From an uncultured Planctomycetia bacterium (GTDB lineage Bacteria > Omnitrophota > Gorgyraeia > 2-02-FULL-51-18 > JAGOUK01): DNA of 64,000 nt. The DNA lies in the NCBI GenBank assembly GCA_964430735.1, contig CAYSFB010000005.1, forward strand, positions 110,390-174,389, read 5' to 3'. This document shows positions 56,024 through 64,000 of this stretch, piece by piece. Numbering within the stretch: the stretch's first letter is position 1; every line of letters begins with the position of its first letter. The notes beneath the pieces are model-generated. The model was not told where the DNA came from. It did no database searches and saw only the letters and a list, made by a program, of their open reading frames with translations. A program made the translations under genes and the position numbers.

Positions 56024-56054
56024 TCCGCTCCGCGGCCTTGCGTCAGGAGCGTTT

Positions 56055-56064
56055 GTGATAGAAT
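56055..56064 (+). promoter_or_regulatory. extended -10-like element GTGATAGAAT, 12 nt upstream of the ATG at 56077
   Basis: The third copy of the GTGATA[AG]AAT class. Confidence 0.35.
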
Positions 56065-56076
56065 ACCGGTTCAATT

Positions 56077-56922
56077 ATGGCAATGGTCAAAGGTAAAATC
56101 AGAATCGGCCACAGTCCTGACGCGGATGACGCGTTCATGTTCTACGGCATTGCGTGCGGAGGGGTCGATACATCGGGCCTCACGATCTCGCACGTCGTCG
56201 AAGAGATCCAGGCTTTAAACGAGCGCGCCTTCCGCGGCGAACTCGAAGTCACCGCCATTTCCGCCTACACCTATTTTGAAGTCGCCGACAAGTACACCCT
56301 CATGTCCTGCGGCGCGTCCATCGGCGACAACTACGGTCCCGTCGTCGTGTCCAAGAAGCTCAATTACCCCAAAGAGATCAAAGGCAAGCGCATCGCCGTC
56401 CCGGGCAAGTACACGACGGCCTATCTCATGCTCAAGCTGTATGAGCCAGACGTCGAAGCGGTGTTCGTGCCGTTCGACCAGGTGCTGCCGACCCTGGACA
56501 AAGGTCTGGCCGACGCGGCGCTCGTGATCCACGAGGGACAGATCACCTTCAAGGACCAGGGGTACACCAAGGTCCTCGACCTCGGCGAATGGTATTACGA
56601 GAACACCAAGCTCCCGCTGCCGCTGGGCGTCGACGTCGTCCGGACCAATCTCGGCAAAGACCTCATGCGCAAGTGCCAGCGCGTTTTCCGCGATTCCATC
56701 ATTTACGCGCTCGAGCACCGCGAAGAAGCGGTCGAATACGCGATGAAGTACGCCCGCACGACGCCCCGGGACACGATCGACCGCTTCATCGGCATGTACG
56801 TGAACGAACTCACGGTGAACATGGGCAGGCGCGGGAAGGACGGCCTCATCCACCTGCACGAGTCGGCCAAGGCCTCCGGTCTCCTTAAGAACGAACACCC
56901 GATTCAATTTGTACCTTTCTAA
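56077..56922 (+). CDS. MqnA/MqnD-family menaquinone (futalosine pathway) biosynthesis protein
   Basis: N-terminal IRIGHSPDADDAFMFYGIACGGV matches the MqnA/MqnD signature (G.SPCPND.FiFyal). About 280 aa. MqnA and MqnD cannot be distinguished by eye. Confidence 0.5.
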   Translation: MAMVKGKIRIGHSPDADDAFMFYGIACGGVDTSGLTISHVVEEIQALNERAFRGELEVTAISAYTYFEVADKYTLMSCGASIGDNYGPVVVSKKLNYPKEIKGKRIAVPGKYTTAYLMLKLYEPDVEAVFVPFDQVLPTLDKGLADAALVIHEGQITFKDQGYTKVLDLGEWYYENTKLPLPLGVDVVRTNLGKDLMRKCQRVFRDSIIYALEHREEAVEYAMKYARTTPRDTIDRFIGMYVNELTVNMGRRGKDGLIHLHESAKASGLLKNEHPIQFVPF

Positions 56923-56923
56923 G

Positions 56924-57598
56924 ATGGGCATCAGCACGATCCACCACTCCTCGATCGGAAAAAAAGCCGTGGTCTCTGTCACGGGTTTGCTGCTTTTGGG
57001 CTTCGTGGTTGGTCATCTGATCGGCAATCTCCAGATCTTCCTCGGACCGCACGCGCTGAACAGCTATGCCCAAAAGCTTCAATCCCTGGGCGAGCTGCTC
57101 TGGGTCCTGCGGATCGGCCTTTTGGCGATCTTCGTGACCCACATCGTTGCCGCGCTGTGGCTCGCCGCCCAAAACCGCGCCGCGCGCCCCGTCCGTTACG
57201 CCAAGTCGGCCGTCCGACAGACTTCCTACGCGTCGCGCCTCATGGTGGTCACCGGGATCATCATCCTGATGCACGTCATCTACCATCTGGCCCACTTTAC
57301 GCTGGGAACGGTTCACTCGCAGTACTACGGCCATGAGGACGAGCTCGGCCGTCACGACGTGTACTCGATGGTCGTCCTGAGCTTCCAGGATCCGAAGATC
57401 GCCTTCACTTATATAGCGGCCATGGCCGCTCTGGCCTTCCATCTGCGCCAGGCCGCGACCGCGTTCCCGCAGAGCTTGGGCTTGGTTCAGCCCTCGACCC
57501 TGGCCAAGTTCCGCGTCGGCGGACTCATCTTTTCGATTCTCATCTTTGTCGGTTATTCCTCGATCCCGGCCGCCGCGCTGCTCGGGATCCTCAAATAA
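56924..57598 (+). CDS. sdhC: succinate dehydrogenase/fumarate reductase cytochrome b subunit (5-TM, type B)
   Basis: ATG 56924 lies immediately after the upstream stop. Five hydrophobic helices with conserved His (GHLIGNL, THIVAAL, HVIYHLAHF). Sits upstream of sdhA and sdhB. Confidence 0.7.
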   Translation: MGISTIHHSSIGKKAVVSVTGLLLLGFVVGHLIGNLQIFLGPHALNSYAQKLQSLGELLWVLRIGLLAIFVTHIVAALWLAAQNRAARPVRYAKSAVRQTSYASRLMVVTGIIILMHVIYHLAHFTLGTVHSQYYGHEDELGRHDVYSMVVLSFQDPKIAFTYIAAMAALAFHLRQAATAFPQSLGLVQPSTLAKFRVGGLIFSILIFVGYSSIPAAALLGILK

Positions 57599-57623
57599 AT
57601 AGGGACACGTACTATTTAATTTT

Positions 57624-59546
<1,923 letters not shown>

Positions 59547-59547
59547 G

Positions 59548-60336
59548 ATGAGCGCTCAAACACTGAACCTCACGCTCAAAGTCTGGCGTCAAAAAGATTC
59601 CAAGTCCCAGGGCCGGCTCGCGACGTACAAGGTCAAAGACATCAGCACCGACATGTCCTTCCTCGAGATGCTCGACGTGCTCAACGAGCGCCTCATCCAG
59701 GAAAACGAAGAGCCCATCGCGTTCGACCACGATTGCCGCGAGGGGATTTGCGGCATGTGTTCGCTCGTGATCAACGGCCTTCCGCACGGACCCGAGGGCG
59801 GCACAACGACCTGCCAGCTCCATATGCGCAAGTTTAAGGACGGCGACACCATTTTCATCGAGCCGTGGCGCGCCAAGGCGTTCCCGGTGGTCAAAGACCT
59901 CGTCGTTGACCGCAGCGCCTTCGACAAGATCATCCAGGCCGGCGGCTTCGTCTCGGTGAACACCGGTCAGGCCCAGGACGCCAACAACCTTCCCGTGGGC
60001 AAAGAAACGGCCGACCTCGCGATGGATGCCGCCCAATGCATCGGCTGCGGCGCCTGCGTCGCCGCGTGCAAGAACGCGTCGGCCATGCTCTTTGTCTCGG
60101 CCAAGGTGAGCCAGCTGGCGCTCTTGCCCCAGGGTCAGCCCGAGCGCGAGCGGCGCGTCCTCAACATGGTGAAGACCATGGACGAAGCCGGCTTCGGCAA
60201 CTGCTCCAACCAATTCGAGTGCGAAGCGTCCTGCCCCAAGGAGATCAGCGTCGGATTCATCTCCAAGATGAATGCCGAATACCTCCGCGCCGCTGTCAAA
60301 GCCGAGGCCCGCGTTTCCCAGCAATCCTCCGATTAA
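59548..60336 (+). CDS. sdhB: succinate dehydrogenase/fumarate reductase iron-sulfur subunit
   Basis: [10 protein letters not shown] (2Fe-2S), [11 protein letters not shown] and CPKEI (4Fe-4S/3Fe-4S). ATG 59548 lies 1 nt after the sdhA stop. The track ORF from 59305 is an in-frame upstream extension overlapping sdhA and is rejected. Confidence 0.9.
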   Translation: MSAQTLNLTLKVWRQKDSKSQGRLATYKVKDISTDMSFLEMLDVLNERLIQENEEPIAFDHDCREGICGMCSLVINGLPHGPEGGTTTCQLHMRKFKDGDTIFIEPWRAKAFPVVKDLVVDRSAFDKIIQAGGFVSVNTGQAQDANNLPVGKETADLAMDAAQCIGCGACVAACKNASAMLFVSAKVSQLALLPQGQPERERRVLNMVKTMDEAGFGNCSNQFECEASCPKEISVGFISKMNAEYLRAAVKAEARVSQQSSD

Positions 60337-60342
60337 GGCCGT

Positions 60343-61122
60343 ATGAAGCAGTATCACGACCTTCTCCGGCACATCCTCGCCCAGGGCCAGACCAAGTCTG
60401 ACCGCACCGGCACCGGCACGATCAGCGCCTTCGGTTATCAGATGCGCTTTGATCTCGCGCAAGGCTTCCCGGCCGTCACGACCAAGAAGATCCACCTCAA
60501 GTCCATCATCCATGAGCTCCTCTGGTTCCTTAAAGGGGACACGAACATCAAGTACCTGAAGGACAACGGCGTTTCGATCTGGGATGAGTGGGCGGACAAG
60601 GACGGCAATCTCGGACCGATTTATTCCAAACAATGGCGCGACTTCGGCGGCGTCGACCAGATCCGCGACGTAGTCGAGGAAATCAAGCGCAATCCCGATT
60701 CCCGACGGCTCATCGTCAGCGCTTGGAACCCTTCAGAAGTAAAAAACATGGCGCTTCCGCCGTGCCACACGATCTTCCAGTTTTATGTGCAGAACGGAAA
60801 AGTTTCGTGCCAGCTGTACCAGCGCAGCGCGGACGCTTTTCTCGGCGTGCCGTTCAATATCGCTTCCTACGCGCTCCTGACTCACATGGTTGCGCAAGTG
60901 ACGGGGCTCAAGCCCGGCGACTTCGTCCATACCTTCGGTGATCTGCATATCTATCTGAACCACATGGAGCAGGTGAAGGAGCAGCTCTCGCGCGACTTCC
61001 GGCCGCTGCCGACGCTCAAGCTCAACCCGGCCGTCAAAGACATCTTCGGCTTCAAGTACGAAGACATCGAGATCCTCAACTACGATCCCCACCCGGCCAT
61101 CAAGGCGCCCGTCGCCGTCTAG
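60343..61122 (+). CDS. thyA: thymidylate synthase
   Basis: [40 protein letters not shown] and [12 protein letters not shown] match. Confidence 0.95.
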   Translation: MKQYHDLLRHILAQGQTKSDRTGTGTISAFGYQMRFDLAQGFPAVTTKKIHLKSIIHELLWFLKGDTNIKYLKDNGVSIWDEWADKDGNLGPIYSKQWRDFGGVDQIRDVVEEIKRNPDSRRLIVSAWNPSEVKNMALPPCHTIFQFYVQNGKVSCQLYQRSADAFLGVPFNIASYALLTHMVAQVTGLKPGDFVHTFGDLHIYLNHMEQVKEQLSRDFRPLPTLKLNPAVKDIFGFKYEDIEILNYDPHPAIKAPVAV

Positions 61123-61134
61123 AGCCGAGCCCCG

Positions 61135-61641
61135 GTGCCCAAGCTTTTTCACATCGTCGGAATGGCTGAGAACCGGGTGATCGGCAAAGACAACCGGTTG
61201 CCGTGGAGCTTCCCGGCGGACCTGAAGAACTTCAAGCGGATTACCATGGGTCAGACGCTCCTCATGGGGCGAAAGACCTATGACAGCATCGGCAGGCCCC
61301 TGCCGGGCCGGGCGAACTTCGTTCTCACCCGGTCCAATGTCACCACCTGCCAGCAGGACGTGGTGCACCGCGAACTTCCCGCAGGAACTGAGCTGCGCTT
61401 TTTTAATTCTGTAAATTCAGCACTCGAAGCCGCAAAGACCCAGAATGTCTTCGTTATGGGAGGCGCAGACCTTTACGCCCAAACCCTGAACCAGGTCGAT
61501 GGAATCTATCTGACGCGGATTCCCGGCATCTACGAAGGCGATGCCTTTTATCCCCTTATCCCGAGTGATCTCATCCTCCGAGAAACCCAAAAACTCCCCG
61601 ACGACGACCGGCTTGACCTGCTGACTTACATCAGAAAATAA
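61135..61641 (+). CDS. folA: dihydrofolate reductase
   Basis: GTG 61135. IVGMAENRVIGKDNRLPW, LMGRKTYDSIG and MGGADLY match. This is the conserved thyA-folA pair. Confidence 0.85.
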   Translation: MPKLFHIVGMAENRVIGKDNRLPWSFPADLKNFKRITMGQTLLMGRKTYDSIGRPLPGRANFVLTRSNVTTCQQDVVHRELPAGTELRFFNSVNSALEAAKTQNVFVMGGADLYAQTLNQVDGIYLTRIPGIYEGDAFYPLIPSDLILRETQKLPDDDRLDLLTYIRK

Positions 61642-61728
61642 TTAGTACAACCCTTTAAAAAGATGCGAATTTGAGGCATAATTGAGATACGAGTGTGTTT
61701 TCTGTTCAGAAGTAATGTAACTAATTTT

Positions 61729-64000
61729 ATGTATTTAAGAAACCAAAGTAAAACATTATCGATTAATTGGCTTAAAATCATAAGCCTTGCAGTCGCATCT
61801 TCGGTTCTGATGCAAGACATCCTCTTGGCGGCGCCCGAAGGATCCGCGCTCCAGCTGCTCACCCCCAAAAAAAATATTGCGATGGATCGGCCGCTCGAGG
61901 ATATGGAATGGGCGCGCCGATGGCTGCCGGATTTTGACTCCTCTCAGGTCCGGTTGGATGACGCATACCGCTCGGCGCCCGGCAGCCGGACCGTTGTCCT
62001 CTTGCAGGATCCCCATACAAACGAATCGGGTCAGCTGCGTCTTGCGGGCATGCTTGATTTGCTGGTTCGTCAAAAATCAGTCAAGTTCGTCTACACCGAG
62101 GGCGGATCAGGGGATCAGTCGATCGGGTTTTTAAAGTCTGCGGCGGATGGCGTCGCTCGGGAGCGGGTCGCCGCCTCCTGGCTCCGCCGCGGGCGGCTGC
62201 AAGCGGCCGAATATCTGCAACTCACGTCTGATGTCGATTTTGCTCTTTGGGGTGTCGAAGATCCGGATGCGTATGGTCGCTCGCTTGCGCTCTATCGACG
62301 GGCGGTCCGGGAGCGCCGCCGTTCTGAAACGTACGTGGCACGCATTGAGCTGACGCTCGACGCCGTGATGAGCCGGACACTCAGTTCTGTCGCCGCTGCA
62401 TGGGCGCAAATCCTGGACGCGCGCGACCGGGGGGAGAAGCCGGTCGGCGATCATCTTCGCATGCTGTTGGATGAGGCCCGGCGGCGCGGAATGAGTCTTG
62501 AAGATTTTCCTGCTCTTCTGGATCTTGAGGGGCTTTTGGATGCGGAGCGTTCGATTGATCCCGAGAAGGTCCTTGGACGCGATCCCGAGGCGATCGCCCG
62601 ATACGAGAAGCATCTCGAGGCTCTCAAGGGCCTGGATGCGCGGCCGGCGCTGGAAGAAATAAACCGGCTGGAGCGCCGCATCGAGGATCGTGTCGTGACC
62701 GGCCCGGCCGAAAAAGGATGGTTCAAAGCGCGGCGCGCAACCGCCTTTTACCGCCGGCTTCTGCGTCTGGAACTCACGCCGCAGGATTATTATGAATTCA
62801 TGTCCGCGCCTCAGGAGTTCGACCTCCGTCGCGTCACCGGATATCTCAACCGGAGGGTGATGGAGATCGGCGGCATGAGCGGACGATTTGTTTTTTTGGA
62901 TGCACGTTTCTGGATGGGGGCTTCCAGATGCTTTGATTTTTACCGCCTGACCTATGACCGCGACAGGCACTATGTCCGCCAGCTTTTGAGTCTGGCGCCT
63001 TCGACGGGTGATGCGGCCGCCCCCGGCCCGCCGGTGGCTTTGATCGCCGGCGGATATCATGCGCCCAGTCTCAAGGCGCTTCTGCGCGATGCCGGGTTTT
63101 CCTATATCAGCATGATTCCGGCGTCGGCCCATGAGACCGATCGCGCCCGATACGAACGATTGCTCACCGGGCAGACCGCTGCCGGGTCGAGTAAAGGGTC
63201 CGATGCCCGCGCAGATACGATCATGATGGTGCAGGTGCGGTCGCGTAATCGGGGTGGCGATGCGGAGCTTCTGGAAATAGCCGGCGCTCTGGGTCCGCAA
63301 GCGGCCCGGCTCGCGCAGAGGGTGCTAGAGATGGATCGGGCGGTCGGCAGCCGCTTGGCCGCAGGGGAGGATGCCGACGCCTCCGAAGACCGGATTCTCA
63401 CGGCTTTGGCGGAATTGCAGTCCAAAATGGCCGATATCGGCGACAGCCCCGATCTTGCGGAACCATCGATCGCGGAAGCCGTTCGATCCCTTGTCCGGGC
63501 TGCGGAAGAGCTTATCCCTCGCCTGGAGCAGACCCCCTCACTCAACGGCTACCGTCCCTGGGTTGAGGAGGTGCGCGATTCTTACGCGCAGGCGCTTCGC
63601 TGGCAGGAGCTTACGGACGAGGAGTCCCGGCGGGAGCGGATCGAGGAGATCGCCACTACGGCTCCGCGGGATTTGGAACAAGCCGAAAGAGAGCTCGAGG
63701 CCCTTGTGTTGCGCATTCAGGCGCAGGCGGATGAGTTGGAGTCCTCGCTGCCCGAGGCGGCCCAATCGCGCCGGCTCGTGGTCGCGACGCTCAACAATTT
63801 CTTGAAAAACCTGCGGGATTATCGCAAAGATCTTTTTGTCCCTTCGCCCGGCTACGAAACAACCTTGCCGCGCACTTCTAAATCACTCATCCAATTTGCA
63901 TATCAGGTGGGTCGCAACGGAGTCATACCCGTACGCATCGCGCCGGATGGAAAAAATATTGCAACCTCGGAGCAGCGCGGCGATGTCAAAATATTTCCTC
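61729..64000 (+). CDS. 3'-truncated CDS (at least 757 aa, open to the window edge): second member of the giant-protein family, with the same N-terminal module and its own ARLA junction motif
   Basis: ATG 61729 sits in an AT-rich island. I translated by hand with no stop through 63999. Signal/TM WLKIISLAVASSVLM. VLLQDPHTNESGQ...VYTEGG...LIAGGYHAPSL parallels module 1 of the giant gene. QAARLAQ lies at 63298..63318 and GSRLAAGED downstream. The gene is absent from the ORF track because it has no stop in the window. Confidence 0.7.
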   Translation, partial: MYLRNQSKTLSINWLKIISLAVASSVLMQDILLAAPEGSALQLLTPKKNIAMDRPLEDMEWARRWLPDFDSSQVRLDDAYRSAPGSRTVVLLQDPHTNESGQLRLAGMLDLLVRQKSVKFVYTEGGSGDQSIGFLKSAADGVARERVAASWLRRGRLQAAEYLQLTSDVDFALWGVEDPDAYGRSLALYRRAVRERRRSETYVARIELTLDAVMSRTLSSVAAAWAQILDARDRGEKPVGDHLRMLLDEARRRGMSLEDFPALLDLEGLLDAERSIDPEKVLGRDPEAIARYEKHLEALKGLDARPALEEINRLERRIEDRVVTGPAEKGWFKARRATAFYRRLLRLELTPQDYYEFMSAPQEFDLRRVTGYLNRRVMEIGGMSGRFVFLDARFWMGASRCFDFYRLTYDRDRHYVRQLLSLAPSTGDAAAPGPPVALIAGGYHAPSLKALLRDAGFSYISMIPASAHETDRARYERLLTGQTAAGSSKGSDARADTIMMVQVRSRNRGGDAELLEIAGALGPQAARLAQRVLEMDRAVGSRLAAGEDADASEDRILTALAELQSKMADIGDSPDLAEPSIAEAVRSLVRAAEELIPRLEQTPSLNGYRPWVEEVRDSYAQALRWQELTDEESRRERIEEIATTAPRDLEQAERELEALVLRIQAQADELESSLPEAAQSRRLVVATLNNFLKNLRDYRKDLFVPSPGYETTLPRTSKSLIQFAYQVGRNGVIPVRIAPDGKNIATSEQRGDVKIFP

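Noticed and set aside
22391-56008. Interpreting the recurring GGCGCGCGGATGGC string as a CRISPR-like or interspersed DNA repeat array
   Set aside because: Spacing is irregular (0.3-2.5 kb). Every copy is in the coding frame with synonymous variation that preserves the peptide. There are no flanking repeat-spacer regularities and no cas genes.
20690-56023. Giant ORF as an artefact of several genes fused by missed stops or assembly collapse
   Set aside because: 35 kb without a stop in one frame is far beyond chance even at 63% GC. All 34 junction motifs and all recognised domains share the frame. The junction identity (at most 19 nt) is too short to drive assembler collapse. Still, independent long-read confirmation is the decisive check.

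Overview
This is a high-GC (~62-65%) bacterial chromosomal window. The ends are ordinary housekeeping and catabolic genes. At the 5' end there is a glycan-degradation locus: a truncated GH-A-like glycosidase, two tandem secreted putative carbohydrate-binding paralogs, and a 1699-aa membrane-anchored protein with four GH-A-like TIM-barrel repeats. A syntenic core block follows: ino1, xth, ispG, murI, queE, a Rieske/flavodoxin/CDGSH fusion, rph, rdgB and a SWIM-SNF2 helicase, then an AsmA-like gene on the minus strand. At the 3' end are an mqnA/D-like gene, sdhCAB, thyA and folA.

The centre of the window (20690..56023) is a single uninterrupted 35.3-kb ORF encoding an 11,777-aa protein. It is not a repeat protein. 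It is a string of more than 30 unrelated modules, each of stand-alone protein size (103-835 aa). Recognisable modules include a histidine phosphatase, a CDA-type deaminase, SAM methyltransferases, an ICMT-like membrane methyltransferase, a PRTase plus beta-propeller, a NUDT9-like ADP-ribose pyrophosphatase, HK-type and GHKL ATPases, three sigma-70/ECF-like modules, an HPr-sized phosphocarrier module, HEAT repeats, HTH repeats and polytopic membrane segments.

Every module junction, and the extreme C-terminus, carries the same in-frame hexapeptide [S/A]-[G/A]-A-R-[L/M]-A. There are about 34 copies, mostly encoded by GGCGCGCGG(A/C)TGGC. This looks like a chromosomally encoded polyprotein, or a motif-delimited module assembly, which would be an undescribed arrangement. 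The function of the motif (protease site, docking, or recombination junction) is open.

A second gene of the same family starts at 61729 and runs off the window. It has the same N-terminal module and its own ARLA motif, and it is also preceded by an AT-rich island. There is no CRISPR, rRNA, tRNA or obvious transposase in the window. Nearly all minus-strand ORFs inside genes are GC-driven artefacts.
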